From positions 1,198,446 to 1,262,445 of the forward strand of contig NW_003314265.1 in assembly GCF_000143415.4 (NCBI RefSeq): a stretch of DNA of 64,000 nucleotides, written 5' to 3'. The notes under the pieces were generated by a model. That model saw only the letters and a list, made by a program, of their open reading frames with translations, did not search any database and was not told the origin of the DNA. The position numbers and the translations under genes were made by a program. Of the stretch, positions 24,158 to 34,850 are shown piece after piece (positions within the stretch are counted from its first letter, which is position 1; each line of letters opens with the position of its first letter). Source of the DNA: Selaginella moellendorffii. Taxonomy: Eukaryota > Plantae > Lycopodiophyta.

Positions 24158-25817
24158 ATGGCCGATGCCGCAGCGATGGCGCCAGTGATCGGGGAGGAAG
24201 ATCAATCGCCTGGCGGTGCTGGGACGAGCGGCATTCCAACCTGGGGGTAAGTGGAGAGATGTTGGCTTGCTTTCTCGGCTCAAATATTTGCTTTCCCAGG
24301 AGCTCCAGGAGCAAATTTGGAGCTCTGCCTTGGACAGATTACTTCGACGAGGAACTAGATGTTGAAATCGGTCAAGATGTGAGCCGCATTTTCTATTCTT
24401 TTTCTTCCTGTTTTTGACCTCGCATTTGCTACAGAGTTTTCACGTCTACTTGGCGGGCACACAAGGACCGGTTCTTTTTTGTTTGCACGGAGGCGGATCC
24501 TCCGGGTAACTTTAGCATCGATGAATTCTCTAGATTTCTCTTGTGATTTTCTTCCTACAGGCTATCTTTTGCGCTATCCGCAAGAATGTTAAAAGAGAAA
24601 GTCAAGGTTGCTGCGATGGATATGCGAGGTCATGGCTCGACACGCACAAGTGATGACTTAGATTTATCTGCCGAGGTAGGGTCTTCATGACAATATTATT
24701 TCTAAAAGTTCCTCCACAGACTTTATGCCAAGATGTTCTCGACGTTATCAGGACCATGTACAAAAACGATCCACCATCTATTGTGTTAATCGGACACAGG
24801 TTTGCTGCTAGTGCTACGGAGATATCTATTAACTTGGTTTTTTTTTCCAGCATGGGGGGTGCGATTGCTACTCGGGTTGCTGCAAAAAGAGTTCTTCGAA
24901 CGCTGGCCGGGCTTATTGTCGTCGATGTCGTAGAGGTAAGAAGAGATAAAACTTGTATACCAGCTTCATAATTTCCTTTGTCCAGGGTACAGCTATAGCT
25001 TCTTTGATACATATGCAAAAGCTATTGTCCAACCGTCCGCCAGCATTTCCCAGTGTTGAAAAAGCTGTAAGCTAAAAGGCCAGTGTAAAATCATACCTTA
25101 CTTGCTTGTTCAGATAGAATGGAATGTGAAAGGAGGTTCGCTTAGGAACATCGACTCAGCTCGAGTCTCGATCCCCCCAACATTGAAATACAATGAAGAA
25201 AGAAAATGGTCGGTTTCATTTCTTTATTTATTTTTTTGCTTTTTCTTTTTGCTTCAGTTCAATCTATTCTGCCTGCAGTTACGTGTGGCTTACACCGTTG
25301 GAAAAGAGTGAACGACATTGGAGAGGCTGGTATTTGCATTTTTGCACAAACACTGTTTTCATTTTTGAGGAGATTATTTTACTTTGCAGGTATGAAGGTT
25401 TGTCGGATATTTTTCTGTCGGCACCAGTTGCAAAAGTTCTCTTGCTGGCTGGAACAGACCGTTTGGATAAGTATGCATGTTTGAAGTTGCTTTCGATGTC
25501 ACTCAAACGTATAATTGCTTCAGATCCCTTACCATTGGACAAATGCAAGGCAAGTTTCAAATGATTGTAGTCCGTCACACTGGTCACGCGATACAGGTAA
25601 AAACATTCTTTTGTTTTCTGCTCTATAGTTTGTTGATTGGAACATCCTTGAACAGGAAGACGTGCCCGAAGAATTTTCGTCTCTTGTACTTACATTTGTT
25701 GCTCGAAACCGCATCGGTGCGCACGGTATTGATGTAAGCCTTTTTCCGATGAAAACCATTTATCTAACCGGAGCTTGGCAGATCCCTGGTCTCATTAGAC
25801 AGAGGCGAAGCGCATAA
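24158..25817 (+). CDS. PME1: Protein phosphatase methylesterase 1 (PME-1, alpha/beta hydrolase), multi-exon
   Basis: LPWTDYFD, LHGGGSSG, AMDMRGHG, LIGH|SMGGAIA nucleophile elbow, VVDVVE|GTA, LLLAGTDRLD, GQMQGKFQ, GHAIQ|ED. Confidence 0.92.
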
Positions 25818-25961
25818 GAAAATAGAGAAAAGCATAGAAACTGACACGGGTATGTGTAGCAAAAAAAGAGAGAACTCCATTTCACGGTATGGAAAAACCT
25901 CAAAGACAAGCTTTTGTTAAATACACACACTCCTGTTTTGCGTTTTTTCAGAATTCTCATT

Positions 25962-27379
25962 CTACTGACCACTCGGATAAGTTTCAGGAAGCACGTGAAG
26001 GTCAGGCGTCGCGCCAAGGGGCCTCAACGCCTTGGTCTCGTGAATATAGATGAAAGCATCGTACCTCTTTGCCAACATTGTTGGTACGTAATTTCCCCAC
26101 TTTTCTTTCTTTGGATCATATACCACGCCTATGGCCCTCTGGCCTCTCCATTCTGATAGACAGTGCTGGATTTTTCTTGCCTCAGAATCGTCAAGCAGGA
26201 GGTAGAAAGCGTCGCCGGGAATTTTCTCCTGCTGAGCCGCCTCGTGGATTATCATCTCGTAGCTGCCATCTCGGCCCTCCGGAACACGAAGTTGCAGGAT
26301 GGGACCAGCCCACTTGGACGAAGCAATGACCGAGCCTTTAAAGGTACCGAATCCTACGAGTGCTACCTGACTTTCACCGTATTTCTCACGAACCAGGCCG
26401 CCGATGTTCACCTGGAAGTCGGAAGCTGAAAGGTGACGAGAAGAAAAAAGAACTCGAGTACCTGGCCCATCTTACGCATGTTTGTGGCGCGGTAGTCTCC
26501 GATGTGGGTGTTGTGAGCCCAGACAATGAGTTTGTTGTGAGGCCTCGTCTTCAGCAGCAGGTCCAGTGTCTCCATCATGTGGCTCTCGCGGACGTTCCAC
26601 GAGTCCTCGTTTCCATACACCATTGCTCGATAGTAACTCTCGGCGTTCCGGACGATCCTGGCGTTTTGTTGCGCATCAAACACGACATCGCCATCCGCTG
26701 CTGCCGTCTCTTCGTCGATCCTCTTCTTCAGAAGATCCTTGAGAACTCTGAGAGCTTCGGCCTGGCATCCCTCCGGGAACTCCACCAAGGACTCCAGGTA
26801 CTCTTCCTCGTTTGCCTGGAAGGGATCGAAACATGCGTAGTGATGCTTAGCTTTCTCAGCTAGATCGGGGTCAATCTTGGCCACTTCGTCCAGAACAATC
26901 GCGATGGAGTCGAACAACGAGTAGACATCCAGACCGAAGAGACGAACCTGAGACTCACGGTCCAGTCGGGTGCTGTTGAACTCCTTCATCCACTCCACCA
27001 TCGCCCGGAACTCGTCGTTGGCCCACATCCAAGTCGGCCATCGCCTGAATGACTTTGCAAGGAGCTCCTCGGCACTAGAGGCGGAAGAACTCCCCTTTTT
27101 GGTGATGAAGCGGTTGACTTCTTGGCACGGTGGCCAGTCGCCTTCGATGCTGAGGGTGGTGAAGCCGTGGTGGGCAATGAGGATCTCGGAGATGATGCGA
27201 CGCCACTCGTAGAACTCGTGTGTCCCGTGCGTGGCCTCGCCGAGCATCACCACCTTGGCCTTGGCGATGCGTTCGATGAGAGGCGCAAGATCACGAGCTG
27301 GATTGTGGAGGGAGATGGGGACGGCTCTGCGAGAAATCTCCTTGAACACGGCATTGGAAACCGCTGGTGAGGATCCCAT
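25962..27379 (-). CDS. Erythromycin esterase (Ere) family protein, bacterial-type, two exons (intron 26412-26461)
   Basis: LGEATHGTHEFY, EGDWP, RWPTWMWAN, GLDVYSL, SWNVRESHM, VWAHNTHIGD, RAIGVVY, RYDAFIY, PETYPSG. A 50-bp GT-AG intron joins GQ|VNIG in frame. Confidence 0.9.
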
Positions 27380-27741
27380 CTTTATTTCTTTCTTGCAATG
27401 CTAAAACTTGTTCTCTCAGGCGATTTGAGCAAGTATAATGTAGTTGTGCTCTTGACAAGTGGCGCGGACACGTGGTTGCGCTCAGGCTGCTAGAAGGTGT
27501 AAAGAACTAAAACTTTTGTTTGTCTCACCGAGGGAGCTACCAAGAACAACGATCATCCCAGTCGACGGACTACAACCTCCATTCCGTTGGCCTGCTTGAG
27601 AGAAACCGATCCGAGGAACAAAGCTTGAATGAGCAATGCAGCACAGGAGGAGGTGAGCTATTCTTTTTTGCAAGTTTCTTTCATCAAAACCAACCTTTTG
27701 TTAACAGAGCTTACGTTGCCAAAACAGCACCACCGCCTTGA

Positions 27742-28935
27742 TCAGTCCTCGTCGAACCTCTCGGCCTTGCCCATCCCAAACGCCGGTCCCCGGTCCAACT
27801 TTGTCAACCGATACGACCCCGGCCCGGGGCTCTCGTCCCCGGCGCTCCTCAGGTACCTCATCCCCATTGAGAAAGCTGGCGGCTTCTTGCTCACATTGTA
27901 CAGGCAATCGTTGGGCTGGTAGTGAGCCGGACCGGGGGTGTGGCTCGTCAGCCCGTCCTGCCTCCTCCTCGCCATGGAAAACGCGGGCGGGCTGTACATA
28001 TCTCGCGGCGTGTAAGCTCCCGGCCCGGGGTTGCTATCCCCGAGCCCCTTGGGCCTCTTCCCGGCGATGGTGAAGGCCGGGCTGTGGAGCCTCTCGTCGG
28101 CATTGTAAGATCCAGGCCCGGGCGTGGGGTGTAAGTTCTTCACCTCCCTCCTCCCGGCGATGCTGTAGGCCGGCGGCGCGTCCAGCGCGATCCTCGTCCT
28201 CGGCGTGTAAGTCCCGGGACCCGGCCCCGACTCCGAAATCCGCGAGTCCCTCTTGCTAGCGATGGAGAAGGCCGGCATCCTCTTGGTGGTGGCCTTGATC
28301 CCGGTCTCAAACTCGTACTGGCCGGGCCCCGGGCCCTGGTCACCGGGCTTCCAGTCCCGCCGGAACGGCATGGTGAAGGCCGGTCCCCTGGACACCGGGC
28401 CGGGGGTATATGCCCCCGGCCCGGGTGTCTGCTCCCCGCCGACACGCGACGCCTTCCCCGCGATGGTGTAGGCCGGGCTGCGCGGGCGGGTGTCGCCGGC
28501 GGTGTATGCCCCCGGGCCGGGGGACCGCTCCCCCGCCCGCGGGGAGCGCTTGCCGGCGATGCTGAAGGCAGGGCCGTGTTCCCCGCGCGGGACGTTGTAC
28601 TGTCCGGGGCCGGGGCTCATGTCGCGGTGGCTGCCCAGGTTGCGGGAGGAGATGGTGTAGGCCGGCTCGCGCTTGTAGAGGAAGTTGGAGTCGGTGTGGT
28701 AGGATCCGGGACCAGGGTTCTCGTTGTCGGAGGGGCCGGAGTAGCGGCCGGGGATGGTGAATGCCGGGGCGCCGTATTGTCGGCCGGGTGTGTATGTCCC
28801 CGGGCCGGGGCTGTCGTTGTAGAGGGAGCCAGTGCGCTTGCCGGCGATGGTGAATGCCGGCGAGGAGGGCGTGATGGGGCGGTGGTCTTGGTTGTAGGCG
28901 CCCGGGCCGGGCGTGCGTTCTCGTCGGCGAGGCAT
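27742..28935 (-). CDS. ODF3/SHIPPO-repeat (PGPGxY) flagellar microtubule-associated protein, single exon
   Basis: The 397-aa ORF consists almost entirely of (S/T)PGPGxY...PA(F/Y)(T/S)(I/M) repeats. Confidence 0.88.
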   Translation of the reverse strand: MPRRRERTPGPGAYNQDHRPITPSSPAFTIAGKRTGSLYNDSPGPGTYTPGRQYGAPAFTIPGRYSGPSDNENPGPGSYHTDSNFLYKREPAYTISSRNLGSHRDMSPGPGQYNVPRGEHGPAFSIAGKRSPRAGERSPGPGAYTAGDTRPRSPAYTIAGKASRVGGEQTPGPGAYTPGPVSRGPAFTMPFRRDWKPGDQGPGPGQYEFETGIKATTKRMPAFSIASKRDSRISESGPGPGTYTPRTRIALDAPPAYSIAGRREVKNLHPTPGPGSYNADERLHSPAFTIAGKRPKGLGDSNPGPGAYTPRDMYSPPAFSMARRRQDGLTSHTPGPAHYQPNDCLYNVSKKPPAFSMGMRYLRSAGDESPGPGSYRLTKLDRGPAFGMGKAERFDED

Positions 28936-29283
28936 TGCTGGATGGAGCTAGGTCTTCCTTGTTTCTTTGATCCGGTTGATTAGACTGGTGTGCTCGCTCT
29001 TCTGGGCTCTTTCCTTGGTGCGTGATCTCGATTCCTCTCCTCTTTGATCCTAATCGCGTCACAGCCTCAGCTCCCAATTTGTTTGCAACTGATCGGTGGG
29101 AGTGATCCGTGAATCCATGGCTTCTTCTTCCTCTCGGCCCCCACCACAGGGGTTTTGGAGTGCTAAAAGTCGCGCCCCTCAAGCCCTCGCTTTTTTGAAT
29201 TGGCGGGGGCATATGCGATTGGTATATTTAATGTGAGCCGTCCGTCACAAGGCCGGGTGCCACCCGTCGGATCGGCGAGCGTT

Positions 29284-29993
29284 TTAGTCAGCGCTGGTCG
29301 TCGTTTCCAGGAAGATCTGGCGAGGGCTGCGCAGCTGCTGCAACCTGTGGTTTTTGATCTTCTCGTTGAGCAGCATCACCATGTCCTCGGCTCTCTCGCA
29401 GAAGCTCGTGTACTTTTGGATGAAAAACTCGAGATCTTGGATCTTGGAGACGAAGCGAAATCGTTAGGAGTGCTACCAGAAAAGAAAAATCTACACACAA
29501 CACACCTCTTGCAAGAGTTCTTCGTATGGTTCGTAGTGAGGCTCCCCGAGCATGATGGCCGGAGAGTCCGTCACCGCCGAAGGAAGAGATGGAGGAAGTG
29601 TGGCGGCGTTTATCTCTTCTTGTCTCGAGAGGAGTTCGTCCCAGAGCCTGAGCTCTGTAGCGTACCTGTGCGAGAAAATCTGTAAGTTCTCAGGAAACGC
29701 GAGAAAAAAGAAAACTTACATTTCTTTCTTCTTGAGTAGAAGTTCTCGCCGTTGTGCCAGCAGTTCCTGTGGACTCACAACGTCTAGTTCGTCTTCGTCT
29801 TCTTCTTCTTCCTCTTCTTCAATTTCTCGAACTTTCTCTATGGCCGCCGCCTCCTCCCGTCTTGCTCGCTTGTACACAAACCCATCGTCGTCCACAATCT
29901 GCCAGTCTGCGAAAAACTCGTTTGTAAGCTCAACAATGCCGAGCCCTGGAAGCAAGAAACAGACCCACCTTGCTCGGAAGCCAAAACCTTCAT
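29284..29993 (-). CDS. Probable kinetochore MIS12-complex subunit DSN1-like protein, multi-exon
   Basis: Spliced MKVLASEQ|DWQIVDDDGFVYKR...Y..EL..WD.L...LRSPRQIF. The DDGFVYKR motif and layout resemble plant DSN1 as I recall it, not verified by search. Confidence 0.55.
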
Positions 29994-30125
29994 CCCAGCC
30001 ACCAAAGATCGCACAAGCTACTCCCAAAATCCAAGAGGGCGACTCCAAAATCCCACCTTGGCCCCAACCTAGCCGAAAGTTTTCCTCCTTTTGGAGGGAA
30101 ATAGTAGTTTGCTTCTTTTTCCTCC

Positions 30126-33100
30126 TCAAGCGTCCAGACCGTCGGGCTTCCCTGGCCGCCGAGGACCCATTCGAGCGAGCTTGGAGATGCTAATCAGCTC
30201 GTCCTCATCGTCCTCCACTGGAGTGATCTCCCCACACGCGGCACCCCAGCTCGACGGATCATTCCCAGCCAGGAAACTAGCACTCTCGCGAGCGGCGGCT
30301 TCTTCGGCGTAGATACTCGAGAGAATCAAATAAGACGATGCTCTGCCCGGTTCCCGCTGCGAGGCCGCCGCCGCTGCTCGAGCGCCTCTCTCGGAGTCTC
30401 CAAAGTTTCTACACGAACTTAAGAGGCTCGTCCACGCACCAGTGCCACCCTCGATATTTTTTTCGTCGCTCGCCATTCCAGCCATCTTCTCGGCTTCATC
30501 GAGCCAGCCTGCTCGTCCCAAAACGTCCACCATTATCCGTTGGTGCTCCACTCCCGGTTTTAATCCATGGTCGTGCTCCAGCGAGTAAAAACACTGGCAA
30601 GCTTCGTCCACCAGTCCTCCATAGCTGCAACCGGAGAGCAAGCTGATGAAAGTAACTCCGTCCGGGTCCAGCCCGAGCTGGATCATGCTTCCAAGCAGCT
30701 CCAGCGCCTCGTCGGGAAGGCCTCTTCGCGCATAGGCCGAGATCATGGAGCTCCACGATACTTGTGTCTTGACTTTCATCTTGTCGAAGAAGGTCCGGAT
30801 ATCTTCCAGGCTACCGCCGGAAATCGAGTGTAAGTTGACAAGAGCCGTGTCGACGATGACGTTGGGAGCGAAACCACTGCGTCTAAACCGGCGATAGAGC
30901 TTGTCACCGCGTTGTCTGTCCGTGACCAAGCTACAGGCTTCGAGCAAGGCGACGAAAGTGGTCTCGCTCGGCCTTACACCTTCTAAGTCCATTCTCAGCG
31001 AGAGCTCGAGAGCTTCGTAGCCGTGGCCCTGACTGATAAAAGCTGCCAGCATGCTGTTCCACAAGACCACACTGTCAAGATCGTCGCCCTGCTGCTCAAA
31101 CACCTTTCTGGCCTCCTCCAAGCATCCACACCTTGCGTACATATTGACAAGGGAGATGCTTAAAAGAGCGTTTTTGTGAAGCCACCTCTCGTTGATCCGT
31201 GCATGGATCTTTTCTCCATCGCCCAGAGCGAACGGACCTGTGAATGCATCGAGAAGAACCGCATACGCGATGCTACTCGGCTTGACCCCTTCCAAATCCA
31301 TTTCCTGGAGTAACCTCAAGGTTCCTACCGCGTTTCCAACTGAAGCCGCCATCATAGCAGTCCATGGAATGTCGTCCCCTCCCCGAATGCTGGAAAAGAC
31401 CTCTTTTGCAGCCTCCACATTTCCACACTTCCCATACATGTCCACCAGAGCCGTCTTGAGCTTGCGGCTCTTCTCCGAATCATTCAAGAGTCCAGCAGCG
31501 TAAATCCTCCCGTGAACTTCTGTCCCTTCACGTACAGCACGTAAACTTCCACACGCCCCGACCACAGCAATGAAAGTGATGCTGTCCGCTTTGACACCTT
31601 CCAGATCCATTTCCCTGAGCAGCTCCAAAACCTCGTCATGTAGCTGGTGTCTCGCAGCGGCCGAGGCAAGTGCGTTCCAGGAGACGATGTCTTTCTCTTC
31701 TATCTTCTCAAACACTTGCCGAGCTTTCTCCACACTGGAACACCTCCCATACATGTTGACCAGCGCATTACGAATCATCCTGTCTTTCGAAAGTCCCTTC
31801 TCCAAAACATGCCTGTGAGCTTTCTTTCCTTCGACCAAGTCCTCCAGCATCGCACAGCCGTCAAGAACTCCGATGAAACTAATCCTGTCAGCCTTTTCCC
31901 CGTCAAGTTGCAATTGCCTGTAAGCATCGAGAACCTCTTCGAACTTTTGGTGCTGCACCAGCGCGAAGATCATCGCGTTCCAGGACACAAGGTTCCTCTT
32001 GCCAATGCTCTTAAAGGCATCTCTAGCGTCGTCAATGCTGCCTAGCCTTCCAAACCGACTTAGCAGCGCATTCTTCACCGAAGTATCCGACTGAAACGGA
32101 GCTCTTTCCATGCGTGTCCGGATTTCCCTGCACCTGTGAGCACTGTCGCACGCATCCACAATCCCGAGCAAAGTTATCTTGTTTGGTACCCTTCCCTCGA
32201 GCTGCATTTTTCGGTAGTACTCGAAGGCCCTGTCACTAAACCCATTCTGTGCAAAGCTCGTCACCATCGCTGTCCAAGCCACTACGTCCTTCCACGGTAT
32301 CCCCTCAAAGACTACCTCCGCATCCTCGACCTGACCACACCTCCCGTACATCTTCACCAGCGCCGTGTAGCCAACCAGGTCGAGCCCGAGATCAAACATC
32401 CTCTTGTGGACCTGCCTGGCCGACACAAAAGCATCCCGAAAGCTCGGCACGGCCAGCGAGATCCCCATGAAGCTGATCTTGTTCGGCCTCACGCCGTCAA
32501 CCTCCATAGCCGGGAGAAGCCACTCGATCTCCCTGTAGAGACCGTTCTGCGCGTAGGCCGCGATGAGAGCGTTCCATGTCACGACGTTCCTCTCCTGCAT
32601 GGAATCAAAAACGTTCTTAGCGTCGGGAATGGATCCACACTTTCCATACATACTTATCAGCGCGTTCCCGGCCGTGATCCGGGACGAGAAGCTCATCTCC
32701 CTCGCGATCCCGTGCACCACCCTTCCCTGCTCCAGCATCCTCAGAGCACCGAGGCAAGTGAGCGCGCAGCTGAAAGTATACTCGTTGGCAGGCTCGCCGC
32801 GAGCCAGCATTTCCCGGAAGAGCGCCACCGAGCGCTCGAACTCGCCAAAGTCGGCGTACCCCTTCATCAAAACAGTCCACGTAAAGACGTTCTTCCAGAC
32901 GATGTCGTCGAAGATCTTCTGGGCCTCGTGGACGTAGCCGCACCGGTTGTACATTATCATGAGGCAATTGCCGAGGTACCTGTTGGAGCGATGCCCGTGA
33001 GAGAGCGCGTGAGCGTGCCCCCATTTTCCTCGAACTATATCGCGGTCCTCCCCGGCCTGGAGGAAAAGATAGGCGTAGTCCTTGAAAGCCATCTTCACTC

Positions 33101-33593
33101 CCATGGATTTCTCCGGGACGATCCCACACTCGGCACACTCCCTGTAGTAGTCCACAAGCTCGTCCATGAGCTTCTCATCCTTCCGCCTCCTCTCTTCTTC
33201 GCACTCTCCATCCTCTTCTTCTTTGTCTTCCATCTTCTTCTCTTGTTCTTCCGCTATTTCTTCGTCTTCCTCTTTCCTGGCTGCCAATCCTCTTTTTTTC
33301 TTGAGGGCGTGGACCCTGGGGAGCGTCACGGCAATGTGGGAGGAGCCCCGGATCCGGGGCTGGGGCGGGACGACGTCCGGGCGCGTGGCTTCGATCCGAT
33401 CCATCTCCGCCTGCTTCACCTGTTCGTGCCACTCGACAATCTCGGGCGGGAGCTTGGGCGGCCCCAAGAACCACTTCTTGCGCGAGTACTCGAGCGGCCA
33501 TTTGGTACCTTTGCCGTGGCGGACCTGGATCAGGCGGCAGACGATGGCGTCGCCGCTGTGGAGGCGGCGAATGCGGCTCCCGGCGCCACGCAT
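30126..33593 (-). CDS. Long PLS-class PPR protein (1155 aa) with E-like C-terminus and a non-PPR N-terminal extension, single exon
   Basis: Many P-L-S triplets (NALISMYGKCG, VVTWNALIAAYAQNG) and an E-like HGLKPGVEHQRIMVDVLGRAG...SYLILSSIY segment. No DYW domain. Confidence 0.92.
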   Translation of the reverse strand: MRGAGSRIRRLHSGDAIVCRLIQVRHGKGTKWPLEYSRKKWFLGPPKLPPEIVEWHEQVKQAEMDRIEATRPDVVPPQPRIRGSSHIAVTLPRVHALKKKRGLAARKEEDEEIAEEQEKKMEDKEEEDGECEEERRRKDEKLMDELVDYYRECAECGIVPEKSMGVKMAFKDYAYLFLQAGEDRDIVRGKWGHAHALSHGHRSNRYLGNCLMIMYNRCGYVHEAQKIFDDIVWKNVFTWTVLMKGYADFGEFERSVALFREMLARGEPANEYTFSCALTCLGALRMLEQGRVVHGIAREMSFSSRITAGNALISMYGKCGSIPDAKNVFDSMQERNVVTWNALIAAYAQNGLYREIEWLLPAMEVDGVRPNKISFMGISLAVPSFRDAFVSARQVHKRMFDLGLDLVGYTALVKMYGRCGQVEDAEVVFEGIPWKDVVAWTAMVTSFAQNGFSDRAFEYYRKMQLEGRVPNKITLLGIVDACDSAHRCREIRTRMERAPFQSDTSVKNALLSRFGRLGSIDDARDAFKSIGKRNLVSWNAMIFALVQHQKFEEVLDAYRQLQLDGEKADRISFIGVLDGCAMLEDLVEGKKAHRHVLEKGLSKDRMIRNALVNMYGRCSSVEKARQVFEKIEEKDIVSWNALASAAARHQLHDEVLELLREMDLEGVKADSITFIAVVGACGSLRAVREGTEVHGRIYAAGLLNDSEKSRKLKTALVDMYGKCGNVEAAKEVFSSIRGGDDIPWTAMMAASVGNAVGTLRLLQEMDLEGVKPSSIAYAVLLDAFTGPFALGDGEKIHARINERWLHKNALLSISLVNMYARCGCLEEARKVFEQQGDDLDSVVLWNSMLAAFISQGHGYEALELSLRMDLEGVRPSETTFVALLEACSLVTDRQRGDKLYRRFRRSGFAPNVIVDTALVNLHSISGGSLEDIRTFFDKMKVKTQVSWSSMISAYARRGLPDEALELLGSMIQLGLDPDGVTFISLLSGCSYGGLVDEACQCFYSLEHDHGLKPGVEHQRIMVDVLGRAGWLDEAEKMAGMASDEKNIEGGTGAWTSLLSSCRNFGDSERGARAAAAASQREPGRASSYLILSSIYAEEAAARESASFLAGNDPSSWGAACGEITPVEDDEDELISISKLARMGPRRPGKPDGLDA

Positions 33594-33628
33594 GGATCCC
33601 TCCTCGTCCTCGTCCCGCTCGCACCCAT

Positions 33629-33637
33629 AAACCCTAA
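33629..33637. promoter_or_regulatory. Telo-box (AAACCCTA). Similar boxes at 20183-20190, 24143-24150 and 60495-60502
   Basis: Exact AAACCCTA/TAGGGTTT motifs within about 50 bp upstream of the PPR, Mic10, PME-1 and CD2BP2-like start codons. This is a known plant cis-element. Confidence 0.55.
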
Positions 33638-33690
33638 AATCCCGCTAAAACCCCCAAAAAGAATATGCGCATATGGAAAATAAAATGAAG

Positions 33691-33715
33691 TGCGGTGAGC
33701 GTGGATCGAACACGC

Positions 33716-33758
<43 letters not shown>

Positions 33759-33763
33759 CCCGC
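33691..33763 (-). tRNA. tRNA-Phe(GAA)
   Basis: GCGGGGATAGCTCAGTTGGGAGAGCGTCAGACTGAAGATCTGAAGGTCGCGTGTTCGATCCACGCTCACCGCA is the canonical 73-nt plant cytosolic tRNA-Phe. Confidence 0.97.
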
Positions 33764-34358
33764 CTTCCACGTTCTACTGCCCAAAAACCAACCCCCTTAT
33801 ACGTTTCCATCCCCCAAACGACAGAAAATCCTTTCGGTTTCGCATTTGTATTGTTTTGTCAACAGGTGGGTCTGCTGTTGCTGCTGTGGCGAGTCAGAAA
33901 CGCAAGAGTAAGAAACACCTCCCCATCTGCATGACCACATTTATTTTCTCGTCCTTTTTCTTCAAATAACAATAGAAACATTCTAAAAGAAAAGAGAAAT
34001 TTTCCTCATAATTTGTGGACAGTGAGGGATTGCAAGCAGTTGGTAGTTTTATCTCTTCACAATTCACGAGAAAGGCTCGTGTGGACGGTTGGATCGTTTG
34101 GGAGTTGGTCTGCTTGGACTATATATGAAATTAAACGGAATGAACTGCGACAACGAGAGAAAGAACCTTACGTGGGCTCTATAATTGTCCTGATCGTATC
34201 TCTCTATCACACACTCGCATTGGTGTAACTTTCACATTCTTCACCATATACATATATCTTTTGTCTTGAGGCTGCCCAGCTCAAGGTTTGATTCAAGCAG
34301 ACAACCATTTGATCAAGGGACGTGTCTCACAGACAGAGACACACAAACACAAACACAC

Positions 34359-34359
<1 letters not shown>

Positions 34360-34410
<51 letters not shown>

Positions 34411-34411
34411 A
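34360..34411. repeat. (GA)n microsatellite preceded by CA-rich repeats, upstream of SPS
   Basis: About 25 GA units, directly visible. Confidence 0.95.
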
Positions 34412-34850
34412 TCGATATCTTCTGAATCAGCCCGTGAGCTTTTGCGTGATTGAGGTGCCCGAATCTCTCTACTTTGGAAAAATAATTTCCCAAAGAATCA
34501 TACGACACTGCAAAAATTCACGAGACCATGAACTTTTGCAATCGAATCGAGACCAAAGGAGGAAAAAAAAAAAAACAGAACCCACAATTATAAGAATGCG
34601 CGGATGTTCTTGCATTATTGAAAATATCTCCATCATTACACTTTGATATATTAGCTCCTCTCTCTCTTTTAATTTTGGAGCTAAGAAAACCCGAATATTC
34701 CCATATGTTAACCTAAAATTAATTAGAGGTGGCAGGGGGTTTTAAAATGGGAAAGGGAGGAGGAGAAAAAAAACCTCCACCTGGGGAATAAGGAGGGAAG
34801 CCCATTTCTTTGAAAATCAGGGGTGGAGGTGCCGCGCTCCAGCTCCTCCA

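Noticed and set aside
28340-29212. 290-aa alternative-frame ORF overlapping the SHIPPO gene
   Set aside because: Expected stop-codon scarcity in very GC-rich repetitive coding DNA, with no recognisable motifs.
32136-33683. 515-aa plus-strand ORF opposite the long PPR
   Set aside because: Antisense frame kept open by codon bias, with no domain features.
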